NCBI RefSeq assembly: GCF_006345805.1
Contig: NC_042998.1
Span: 129,642,001 to 129,706,000 of the forward strand
DNA: 64,000 bases
Direction: 5' to 3'
DNA from: Octopus sinensis
Taxonomy: Eukaryota
Below, piece by piece: positions 27,564-39,225 of this stretch (positions are counted from its first letter, which is position 1; each line of letters opens with the position of its first letter). The position numbers were made by a program, and so were the translations under genes. Below the pieces are notes generated by a model, which saw only the letters and a program-made list of their open reading frames with translations, did not search any database and had not been told where the DNA came from.

Positions 27564-28580
27564 TATACATATGCATCCATACACAGACACACACACGTTA
27601 ATTAAAAACCATTGGTACGTGTGTATTATATGTAAAAAATTCGTCAAGATTCACATGTAGAAATACCTTTGCCGTGGCAAAACAGAACGCGCGACTGGTT
27701 TCTATGACATATACAATGAATATATAGGACTTAGATATATATGTGTCGAACGTAAAAGTTTCTTCTCTTACACATATGCAAATATTTCCCCACACATATT
27801 TCACATTAACGTAGATTTCAGATGTGATATTTGAATATATATATGATAAAAGCCGTGGTCGGTGAAAAAGTTACAAAAACTACAATTTACAAATATGTGT
27901 TTTTCGCAGAACATGGCTATATTTCTACAAATTGAAAATGTGACTAAATTCTGAGACGTGATTTTTTCAAAGAGAATGTAGAAGTAGCTGCCTAGTATGC
28001 ACAGACGGCCGCTGCATAAATTATGTTTCATGTGAAACGCGAACTTGAAACAAGCCAAACTGAAATAAAGAAAATAGTTGTTGACCAGCTGCTCCCTTAT
28101 TTTAATGTAACTTTATGCTAAAATAATAGAATATAAATATGATGCTAATAGAGAGAAAAATTGGGAAAAAAACGATCAAAAACTGTATGTAAAAACATTC
28201 AAAAACATTTAAATGGTACTACTTGAGAGTGGAGCTCAATGCAGCCATTTCATTATCATTAATGTTATACATTTCATACATTTCATGACATCCGTTTTAT
28301 GTTTTTGTCCCCATTGTGGTGTTGTGTTTGTCCTTGTACTGTCCCATCTGTGTTAGAGCCTAGGTGTTTCTTACAAAGAATAAAATTATTCCAAGAAATC
28401 TGAAATGTGTATAAAAATGTGCCACCGGAGTACTGAGAATCGCCTTAAACCCCATTCTGTCGAACGTGTCGCAACATATTACATCTAAGTTGTGACATAT
28501 CATTACCAAAAGTGCTCGACAAATACTTTATAACCAAGAAGATTCGCAGGTACATCACGTATCAATGTGAATAAATAAAT

Positions 28581-28770
28581 GTGTGCATAGCTTAGTGGAT
28601 GGTGTGTTGCACTCCCGATCGCTTGATCGTGGTTTCAATTCCTAGACCGGACGGTGTGTTCTATCATAGAATAAATCACTTTATTTCACTTTGCTCTGCA
28701 ATCATTTCGAGATCTGAAACTTGGCACACTTGTGCACCTGAGTAGGCAACGTGGATTTGATAGAAAGAGT
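28581..28770 (+). mobile_element. tRNA-derived SINE fragment
   Basis: A-box-like tagcttagtgg and B-box-like ggtttcaattcc at tRNA spacing. Confidence 0.6.
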
Positions 28771-28860
28771 GAGTTTATGCAAACAGAAGCATTTGAACAC
28801 TATAAATAAAGTATACGTGTGGTTGTTCAGCAAGAATTCTGTAACCCTCATATAACATTA

Positions 28861-28950
<90 letters not shown>

Positions 28951-29899
28951 TATGTTTGTATACATCTGAATGTGTATAGGTGCATTTATACACACACAAA
29001 ACGAGTGTGTATTTGTGTAGTTGTATGTGCGCCTGTGTGTTTGTCTGCCTGAGTTTGTCGGGAAGTGTTTGCGGGAGACTTTCAGATTGCGATAATAATA
29101 AAAACCCTTTTGTTTATATTTCGTTTTATCATGCTCCAATTCCTTAAATTGTATGCTATTACTGTTTTGATATTTCTTCTATTTCATCTTGAATTCACTT
29201 GCCGCTAGTTTCCAAAGTTATCTCTTTTACGCCGTTCGAAGAACAATATAGTGTTGGGCTAGAAACTGTTTGCGGTAGGTATGATGTGGTTTGATTTACA
29301 AAAATTTAAGTCAGTTCTTATAATCACCTCACGATACACACATATACACATACAGACCTATACGCATACACACACACATATACACACAACTAACACAGTC
29401 ATACACACAACGAAAGCATAAACATATATATTTGGATGTTAATGCCTATACATGTATAGAACAATGTATGCATGACATCCTGAATCTAAATATTGTGTAT
29501 CTGAAGAGCCTAAAATAGCTTTAATGATTCTCAAATGGTTTTGAAGAAAACTGGTGATGCATAAAATAATTTAAAATAAAAGAAACAAGAACGTGCTGTG
29601 TTTGAAGTGATGTGGAAGTTTATGGACGGCAAGCTGCATTGGCTTATATTTTAAGAAGACTGTTGAGATAACTTTCTGGCTTTTGTCGCATACAAGTGAG
29701 CACTTGTGTAAGCGTCGAATGTTATGAATAGACTTGCGAGAATTACATCAATGACCCCCCATGGATTTTATTTACTCAGTTTGGTGAAATCATTACTAAT
29801 TACTTCTCGAATTTTATCCTGGATCATCCAGGAGTGTAATCATCTACGTCGAATCGCAACGTACTTCCATCTCCTAGATCTTTTCTTGTTTACCTCTAT

Positions 29900-30007
29900 A
29901 AGTATGTATGTATGTATGTATGTATGTATGTATTTATGTAAGTATGAATGTATGTATGTACCTATATGTCTGTCTGTTTTTCTATCTGTCAATATCTGTC
30001 TGTCTGT

Positions 30008-30105
<98 letters not shown>

Positions 30106-30110
30106 GTCTG
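29900..30110. repeat. (TATG)n/(TATC)n microsatellite
   Basis: Directly visible. Confidence 0.95.
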
Positions 30111-30164
30111 TCTAAGAAGTTCTTATTGGATAATCATTTTCAGTCCATCATTTCAAAACCTTGC

Positions 30165-30926
30165 CTAGTTTAAATGATTACTCTGACTATAGCAGCTTTC
30201 AAAGAATCATTGGTGTTACAGGCGTGTTTATTGATCTCTCTCTCAACCACGCTCCACACGTAACAGTCCAATGCATTGAGATCTGGGGAATTAGGAGGCC
30301 AAATGTGAGGGGTTGTGTGATCATGAAAATGCTCCGCCATCCATTCATCCATTCTTTGCTCCAAGTTTTTCTCCCTTGAGAAAGACCAAATCAAATCTTT
30401 TGCTGGATTTTTTGATTTGTTTAAGAGCCTTTTAGATATGATGTAGTGATTATCTTTTGCGCTTTCTGACAAATTGATCTTTGCTCATTTAAGATATATC
30501 TGTTGCATTTTGGACAACATTTCTGACAGATTTTTCTAATACATGGAGAACTTTTGCAATTGATCTCATAGACTTTCCGGGATTGTAATCAATGATCTTT
30601 TTAACTTTCTGGATAAATTCAGGTGTTCTGATGATTTGAAAGTGTTTAGAATACTTTTTTATGCATTGCTACTGGTGATACGTTTTCATCTTCAGTCTCT
30701 AGCTCCTTACAAACTTTGTAGACGAAAGATGACAACTTTTTAAAATCGAGATATTTCTAAATCGCTATGGTCCGCCTTTATAACCACAATAGCAGCATAC
30801 CTCTTCATTTCTTGAGTAAGCTGAGGGCTGCCATTGTTATTTTCTGAACCAAAAAGTATACAGAGGTAGTAAAAGATGCAGCAATGACCCCAAAAAGGTA
30901 TGTCCCCAAGTAGCCTACGCAGCCTG

Positions 30927-30928
<2 letters not shown>
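30165..30928 (-). mobile_element. Internally deleted Tc1/mariner-superfamily element (maT/DD37D-like)
   Basis: WPPNSPDLNALDCYVW motif; terminus tacaggctgcgta. Same family as 55620-56771. The segment between FS.EK and W..EHF is deleted. Confidence 0.8.
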
Positions 30929-30963
<35 letters not shown>

Positions 30964-31627
30964 CTTCCAACTGTAAAAAAAGTGCAAAAACTGACTTCGT
31001 CTATGCTGGTGCCACGTAAAAAAACACTTACTCTACTCTGCGGTGTGGTTGGTGTTAGGGAGGTCATCCAAACGAAAAACAAAAACCGTGCCAAAACAGA
31101 CACAGAAGTTTGGTGCAGTCTACTACCTGGCCAGCTGCTGTCAAATACGGACGCATAGTGCATAAAAACACGCATAATATTATATTGCTGGCAGACGTGA
31201 ATCATCTAGTATGGATGCCGGAAATGGTTGGCCATGTGATTACGATGTGCCCCGTTTCCGTAATGGACACTACGTCTGTTGGCTGCATACGGCCAAATCT
31301 CACCTTTTGGATTAATACTGCTTCTGTCGCTAAAAACTGTATGTATGCATGTATGTTTCCTTGCAAATGTCAATATTTTGATGAAAGTTCAAAATCTAAA
31401 ACTTACAATAAGGGACCATAACTAAATCGAAATCCTTACCGTGTCATTCATGGTTGGTGTTATAGCTGTTAGGTGGGACTGATGTGTCTGTTTATATGGT
31501 TACCAGTTTACCGGGCTACTCTGTTACCTTCGTATCAGGAATAGTACGCCCACTAGTTCGTTACAAATTCGAGCCATCCTAACTCTGATGGTCTCCCATA
31601 GGGACTTCACACACACATATACACACA

Positions 31628-31699
<72 letters not shown>

Positions 31700-31776
31700 A
31701 TAAATTTTAGGGAATAAATCCAAATTTACAGGGAAAAATCAGATTTAGAATTGAATCCAATTTTATAGTGAAATAT

Positions 31777-32604
31777 TATATTATATTAAACTAGAGACAA
31801 AACCACTATTATGCAAATCAAACAATGAAAGACTTAAACCAATACATAAATTAATTTATATTATTTAGATATGTAACAATTATTAAAAAATATAATTAAT
31901 ATCCACTACGATCGTTTCCTATCTTCTGTCATCAAATTTTATACTTGTGACCACTCTTCTCTTCCTAGTGACGGAGACCCTCCAGTGGTAACTAGTCCTT
32001 CGACACAGCCCCAACCCGAACACTAACGATAGCAGGGAGCGGTCAATTGGGCTTTTCCAACGTGGGTCGTGCAGGTGACAAGACATGTGAGGACGTCGCT
32101 AAGGTTTTGGGATAGCAGCTAGCACCTTTGAAGTACACTCAAAGCAGCCAATATTCTCAACAGGAGATTACATATTCTTGAAGAACTGTTTAACATGTTA
32201 TGATTGTTGGGGTATTAAAATTTGGCAGGATTGTCACCATTACAAATTGAGTGACATATTATACTGTTGTGGTTCCTTGGAAATCAACCCTAATACCAAT
32301 ATGTGCTACAAACTTTCAATTATTGGAATATCCGACAAAAACACACTAGTTCGTGTATGTGCTGAGACAGGAAGGATGCATTTTTATCGGGGAAACTTCA
32401 TTTCAGATTTTGAAACCACCTGATGAATGTCTGCTACTCAAAAATTTGATGACAGAAGACAGGAAATGATCGTAGTGGATATTAATTATATTTTTTAATA
32501 ATTGTTACATATCTAAATAATATAAATTAATTTATGTATTGGTTTAAGTCTTTCATTGTTTGATTTGCATAATAATGGTTTTGTCTCTAATTTAATATAA
32601 TATA
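31777..32604. mobile_element. PLE-type insertion with 164-bp inverted termini around a 500-bp spacer
   Basis: 31777-31940 pairs with 32441-32604 with no indels and about 4 mismatches. Both outer ends are AT-rich or microsatellite. A hammerhead motif overlaps the right arm. Confidence 0.85.
32416..32478 (+). ncRNA. Type I hammerhead ribozyme motif
   Basis: Stem I ccac/gtgg; CTGATGA 32420-32426; stem II tgtct/agaca; GAAA 32463-32466; palindromic stem III (acgatcgt in the left-arm copy); GUA 32472-32474. Confidence 0.7.
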
Positions 32605-32694
32605 TATGTGTGTGTGTGTGTGTGTATAAATAAAAGAAGGAACTGGCTTTAATATATTTTATAATATACCTTATAAGTGAATGAGTATTGTGTC

Positions 32695-32727
32695 TGTCGA
32701 CCGGTTTCGCTTCCGCTAATAATGACA
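32695..32727 (-). ncRNA. Decayed minimal hammerhead relic
   Basis: Minus strand: tgtc-ATTATTA-gc ggaa gc-GAAAC-cg-GTC-gaca. All three stems are intact, but the core differs from CTGATGA at 3 positions. Confidence 0.5.
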
Positions 32728-33074
32728 ATGGAATTATTACAATTTCCTATTTTTTAAAGAAGATTTTAGTCCATATTTATATGAGGCTTTGTGAATGAAA
32801 TGAAATAACAGGTAAAAAATCTAAGGGAAAGTAATTAGTGATCGTTATTATTCGAGAGGTAATTGCTTATTTTGGGGGAGGGAAATAAATATACCAGAAC
32901 TCAAAGCTAAAATAGTGAGATGAAATATTTACAGTGATGTGTATGTGAACATAAATTAAAATATATACTGACATCAAAGTCGGTTATGCATTCATAATTA
33001 GACGTGTTCTGTATTTTTCGCTAAATATATTTTCTTTATTTAAATGTTCTTGTACAGAAATTGTTTCTTTGCAC

Positions 33075-33545
<471 letters not shown>

Positions 33546-33849
33546 ATCAATTACAATCCCTCGCCATATCGTGGTTCACCTATCACGCACTCAGTACATC
33601 GTGGTCTTTTCTTGCTAATATATGTAAACTTATGTCAGGGGCTCCTCAGTATATCACGGGTTTCTGCGGCCGATAAGTATTTATATTTTTTCAGACTTTA
33701 ATTATTTTTGTAGTAAAACAAACATTTTCACGCCTAAACATTAATAAAATAATAAATACAAATTGAGTACAGTATTGCACCGTATAACGCATTAATTAAA
33801 ATATATTAAACGAAAATACGTAGTGTACCGTAGATAAGTAAACAAAGAA

Positions 33850-34153
33850 TTGTTTGTTCGTTCTCGAGCCATGCCTGGCTCATAAGTGCCGGTTTCCCGG
33901 TTTCCTTAGCGTATAGGTTCCCCACCTGGACGGGACGCCGGTCCGTTGCAGGTGGGCTGCAAGATGCAGGAGGATAGAGTGAGAGAAAGTTGTGGCGAAA
34001 GAGTCAGCAGAAGTTCGCCATTAACTTCTGCCGGAGCCGCGTGGAGCTTAGGTGTTTCGTTCATAAACACACGCATCGCCCCGTCTGAGATTCGAACACG
34101 CAATCCCTCGACCGCGAGTCCGCTGCTCTAACCACTAGGCTATGTGCCTCCAC
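33850..34153 (-). mobile_element. tRNA-derived SINE, full length
   Basis: Minus strand gtggaggcacatagcctagtggttag (A box)...gttcgaatctc (B box), a body shared with 59046-59360, and an (AAC/AACA)-type tail. Confidence 0.85.
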
Positions 34154-34161
34154 AAGATGAT

Positions 34162-34243
34162 TGGCAGCAGTAGGCTTCGAACACACGCCTCCGAAGAGAC
34201 TGGTGCCTTAAACCAGCGCCTTAGACCGCTCGGCCCCGCTACC
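34162..34243 (-). tRNA. trnL(AAG): tRNA-Leu(AAG), probably a pseudogene or variant
   Basis: 82 nt GGTAGCGGGGCCGAGCGGTCTAAGGCGCTGGTTTAAGGCACCAGTCTCTTCGGAGGCGTGTGTTCGAAGCCTACTGCTGCCA. Matches canonical animal tRNA-Leu(AAG) with its long variable arm. Deviations: U8>G, a T-stem mismatch, and GTTCGAAG in the T loop. Confidence 0.9.
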
Positions 34244-34479
34244 AGCTCTATACAAAGAACTGCACATACTGTATCGAAAACAAAACTCGGGAGGCGAGTA
34301 TGTGGTGTTGTTTTGCATTTATGATAAAATAAATGTATACAAATCATAAAAATGATATAAAAACATATACAGTAGCCGCACTGTTTCTACTTCGCGGATG
34401 TTCACCTATCACGGGAGGTTTCGGAATGTAACACCTACGATAGTCCAGGGATTACTGTATATAAATTGTTTCTTTGCTC

Positions 34480-34548
<69 letters not shown>

Positions 34549-34589
34549 GTATATATTATTCATTTATTATATTGTTATTATATGACCGA

Positions 34590-35277
34590 ACGCACGCGTT
34601 GTTTCTCTTCTCCAAAAGAACTGCTTCGGCCTGGCCGTGTTCTGTCCTTACCGTCGAAACACGCATTGAGTCGAACCAGGGGCAGCTGATGAAGGGGAAT
34701 TTTCCTTGTATTATTTTCCTTGTATTGTTTGTCCTGTACTCTGTTTTTTCGTTGTTAAAAAAGTCCGTTTCCTTGTTTGATTTTATGTTTTCGTTTCTAG
34801 TTGTGTTCTACGTCTATTTGTAGTGTCCTAGGTAACGGACGACATTCTTCCTGCTTCCCTGTCGTTCACAAAAAATTCTGCGTTTGCAATACTTTTTTTC
34901 GTTCGGCGTCAACAGCACTTCTTATCTTGTTTTTCCCTCTCCTGTATTTTACTGTTTATATTTTTGTACTGTCGTTACTGTCCTGTTTTTTTACCATTTT
35001 TAACCATTTTTTACCCCTCTGCGAAAAGATCTCAGAATTTTAATTGATTTACTTTTCGCAGGAAGGAAAGTTTCTTGTCGAAAATACGTCTCGCTTTTAT
35101 CCTTCGAAACGTAGAGTAGATGAAACCATAGCGACTGAAGAAGGGGTTTTTTCTTTGTGTTAATTGTCCTGTACTCCATTTTTTTGTTGTTTTTAAAAAA
35201 ATGTCCAGTTCCTTTGGTTTGTGTCTATGTTTTCGTTTCTCTTTGTGTTCGACGTCCCGTTGGTGTCCTGTACTCAT
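34590..35277 (+). mobile_element. Non-coding element with two ~150-bp direct repeats (pseudo-LTR-like)
   Basis: 34686-34833 and 35130-35277 are diverged direct repeats. Both start CTGAnGAAGGGG, and the second ends tgtcctgtactc next to (AT)n. Confidence 0.5.
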
Positions 35278-35379
35278 ATATGCGTGTATATGTACATGTG
35301 GAGGTAGGTACGTACATATATGTTTATATATATGCATATATAGGCGTATATATGTTTATATATATGCACATCTAGGCGT

Positions 35380-35911
35380 AGATGCACACTGCATCGACAA
35401 CAGATTGCATTCCCAGAATATAGAATGATACCTTTTAGTGAGCACATTGAGAAATGCGCAAAGCAACTACTCCCACAATTTTTAATCTTCCCATTTTACC
35501 AATGTGCTTTCGGATCATCAACACAAATGAGACTGAACAAGGAAACATTCTTCATTGAAAAGTACAAACCCAGACTCAACCATCCGAACATACTGACACA
35601 GAGAAATTCACAAGGGAAAGGAAAAAAATTTTAAGCGATTATCTCCCTTACACCGGAAGATATCACTCACTACCTTCCCTTATTTAGAAATCTCCTGAAA
35701 ATAAACACAACGATAACTCCATGCAATATAAGCATAACGTCACAAGAAATTTGAAAAGCTACACGCGAAACCGGTATTTCTTTAAATTTATGTCATTATA
35801 AGAGGGAAAAAATTTTTTTTTTTAATTTTCTAATATCCTTCAGACATATTGACGCAAATATATATATATTTTTAACATTCAAGCCTTCTGTCGTTTTTTC
35901 ACTCTACTATT

Positions 35912-35914
<3 letters not shown>
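35380..35914 (+). mobile_element. 3' end of a second PLE family (GIY-YIG C-terminus plus 3' UTR)
   Basis: LHRQQIAFPEYRMIPFSEHIEKCAK...FLIFPFYQC...RLNKETFFIEKYKPRLN, typical of a PLE endonuclease C-terminus. The 3' UTR matches the 1596-1998 palindrome arm and ends in (TA)n. Confidence 0.75.
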
Positions 35915-35951
<37 letters not shown>

Positions 35952-36004
35952 ATTGGTGAATTGAAGAAATGGAGCTGAACGCAGATTGAACAGAAATCGT
36001 TTTA

Positions 36005-36093
36005 TTTCATTCTACACGTGTTTCGAAAGGCACAAATTACCAAAATCCGATTGAATAATGGGACCATATTGTGTCTTTCTCATCAGGAAGAAA
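36005..36093 (-). ncRNA. Type I hammerhead ribozyme (left arm)
   Basis: Reverse complement of the 42123-42211 motif; predicted cleavage between 36013 and 36012. Confidence 0.85.
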
Positions 36094-36694
36094 AAAGGAA
36101 ATCCGTGGAAACACAAAAACAGAACAGAGGCGGAGCAAAAAAACAAATCGAACTGTGCTCCTAAGAGCCCATGGCGAAACTGTTTATCAGTGTATGTTGA
36201 GAACCGGTGGCTGAAGAATTCAACGGGTCAGGCATCGGTCAATCATGTGGGTGAGGGTGTATAGATGTTCTTTGTGACCGAGAATAAAGTTCTGACTATT
36301 TAAGGAATATTGGATGTTTTATAAGGGGCGAGAAAAAAATCTACTTAGAGACGTGTGTGTGTGTATACTGTTCTATATAGTGTGTGTTGGCGTAGGGGTA
36401 GAAAACATTTTTTGTGTACGTGTGTGCGTTTGAATCGTTCGGCTGTCAGTGGCTACTGCCGTGATAACCGTTGGGTGGCAGAAAGAAAAAAATAAAAAAA
36501 TATATATATTATGTTTTATGTTGTGTGGTGTTTCATCTGAGCCTGCCTTGTCAAGGAAAACCCCGCTGTGAGAAAACCAAGCCCCGTTTGTCTTACAGGA
36601 GTAATTCCCCTTGCAGTGGTTAATCGTAGATATCTTAAAGGCTATTTCAGAATTTGTTACCAAGGGCTATGGGTGCCGGTACTATTTATAAACG

Positions 36695-39100
36695 CTATTT
36701 AAAGGCCAGGTAAGTGTAACGCCGCCAATGGGGGCATCGAAAAGCCGACTGTAAGAGCCCGTTTACCATCCGGCCTCTGGCAAACAAAATATGGAAGAGT
36801 TCGGAGACACAAAGGTTGCACTGTCTTCTGCCCCTATCAAATGGGAGGGCCACCGACAAAATTGACCATTCCAGCCTATAGCTTAAGTTCGCATCCTTCA
36901 GTCGCCATATTAGCTTACTGAGTCCCGTGGTCTGGCGCTTGTTCACGTCCCGAAAAGTTGCGTAATGGTTGGAGACACGCAAAGACAATCTTGAGGATGA
37001 TGCCCCTACATAAGTGAAGGCATCTGAGTCCGTGTAAACCTTGCATTGGTAGACGGCGTTTTTGATCTTGGAGTTCGCCGACGTGAATCTTAATCTGCTA
37101 GGATTAGTTTCTGAAATTAGAACTGCGTTCCTGTCACTATATTCGTTCCGAGACCTGCAGCCGCTTACTACTCTATTTTCCACTACGTCACTATTAACTA
37201 TAGGAATAACCCCTGATTCTCCACTATCTATCAGAGTGCTGTCATTGCTACTGCCCGTGGTACTGCTATTGCGGGAAATGATGCTGGGGATGCTAATGGG
37301 GCTCTCTACCCTACTCCCATTATTACCGTCAACCACGACACCCCTATTTATAACTATATACCCTAGTGGGTACTCCCTGGCTGGAGCTGAGATTATGTGT
37401 TACTGTACTGGCTCTCATCTCATTATTATACTACTATAATTATTCCTACTGAGCATTAACCGGGAGCGGAAGAGGCTGTGCCTCCGGAAAAAGGTGATAG
37501 GGTCTTAGTAAGTAGCCTATTATTATGGGAGGCGATTATCTGGGCGAGGTTTTTAGTGTTGGAGAAAGCTATCCTAACTTTATGTGAGTTAACCGTGGAG
37601 TAATATTGGAATTTCTGGGGAAGTTATTGGCGATGGCTTGTCTAAATATGAGGGGGAGGTTAGTTCTAATCTGCTTACCAAAGGGGATTACAAACCATAT
37701 ATGCTTATTCCTATCAGTGTGATGGGTCGGGACGCCAGCTCTCGCATTCGGGTGGGTGATTCTCGGATGAATAACGGGTCTTGGGTTAGTGTAAGACCTC
37801 CCGGACCGATAATTATCCTTGTTCGCTAAATTAAATGCGGGAGCGACTACCCCGGCATCCGCCGCGCTCCCGTCCTTACTTAAAATGTTAATGTTATTAT
37901 ATACGGCCCTATCCTGATGACCGAATGATGGCATCGAAGGGCCGGATCAATATAAATTACCTTCTGCCTATAACCGGCCTTGGATAGTGCGGCGTTATAA
38001 AATTCCGCTTTCTGCATAAAAAAATATCGGCACTGGCGGACAAGCCAGACAATCTTAGAGAGATGTTTTTAACCAAATTGTCTGTTACGTTTTGGCATGA
38101 TTTGAGAAGACACTGACATACTTCAAATTAGTGGAAGACTTATGGTAAGGGCAGTATGAGTCGCTATTAAGGTTAAGTGTAACGTCTAGGAAATTAGCCT
38201 TGGTGAGTTCATTATAAAAACTATACTCTGCCCATTCTATTAAAAAACCTAGCTAACCTGCTCTTAGTTTTCTGCACTATTCTGTTCGTGGGTGTTTGGC
38301 AGGTAAAACAGACAATCGTCACGATACAGGCCGCCCGCGATCTCCGGGAATTGGTCGGACAATTCGTAGAGAAAATATATTCCGACCAAATCGGCTATCT
38401 GCGCACTATCCGAACTACCCATAGGCACATCAAATTCATTGGGAGTATCTTTACGGATCCACAACTTATTATCAAACTTAATAAACGATTTCCTGGCAAC
38501 TAAAATGATATCTATCTCTTCTCTGGTGAGGCCAGCCTTGTTGTGAGCATGCCAAAGGCCTTATTTAGCACACTAGGGTTAATCGAGGGGTAGAAGCTGG
38601 CGATATCAAACTGAATGAACCTAGTACGGTTCTTATTGGGGATGGAAGAGAACTACTTCACTACCTGCGAGGAGTTGGCCCAGAGGCTGAGCTTCAGCTT
38701 GCTTACTAAACTAGGGATATATTTATCTAAAATGTACTTACTGATTATCCCGATATCAGATCTAGCAGGCATATGAGTCTTAGCGCTGGGTTGGTGTGGA
38801 AGTTAGGTTTATGGTCCTTCACTATAAATCTGGGTTGCTTGGGGCTAAGCGGCTGAGTTCTCATTTGAATTCGGTTTTAAATATTATATCCTTAATTTCC
38901 AAGTTTACCTTCCTCAGGGTACTCCAATTGGTTTTTCTATAATTTTTCTTGATCTCTTTACCGAGTAAATCTAGGTACTGCTTAATGGGCATCTTGTATG
39001 TGTTCCTGGTCTTGTCGGCCGGCCATTTTAAATCCGTTCTATTAATGTCTTGGAATTTTATTCTAGGGTATCTGAGTTGGGCATTTCTCCTGGGGGACAT
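36695..39100 (-). pseudogene. PLE RT-GIY-YIG polyprotein, left arm, frameshifted
   Basis: ADKTRNTYK; FDVPMGSSDSAQIADLVG; GLYRDD; HIWFVIP...NNFP; AVYQCKV...YVGASS...NHY...WSIL...CNLC (ORFs 38861-39100, 38264-38464, 37569-37934, 36695-37336). Confidence 0.92.
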
Positions 39101-39225
39101 CCTGTTAAATCTTTCTAACTAAAGGATGTCCCACAAGTGTCCTCAACTTCTTAGTCTTAGGTACGGTGGCGGGGTATCCAATGTTTTAAAAAGCCGGCCG
39201 TATTCACAGACCAGGAACACATACA

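Larger units (their letters stand above)
33552..34459. mobile_element. Tigger/pogo-like MITE hosting a tRNA-Leu copy and a SINE
   Basis: Left end taca(---)atccctcgccatatcg; reverse complement of the right end tacagtaatccctggactatcg; TA at 34458-34459. Subterminal direct repeat gttcacctatcacg at about 33574 and 34400. Confidence 0.65.

Noticed and set aside
34655-34700. GAAAC...CTGATGA as a type II hammerhead
   Set aside because: Stem I cannot be formed, so it is not called as a ribozyme; kept only as part of the tandem-repeat finding.
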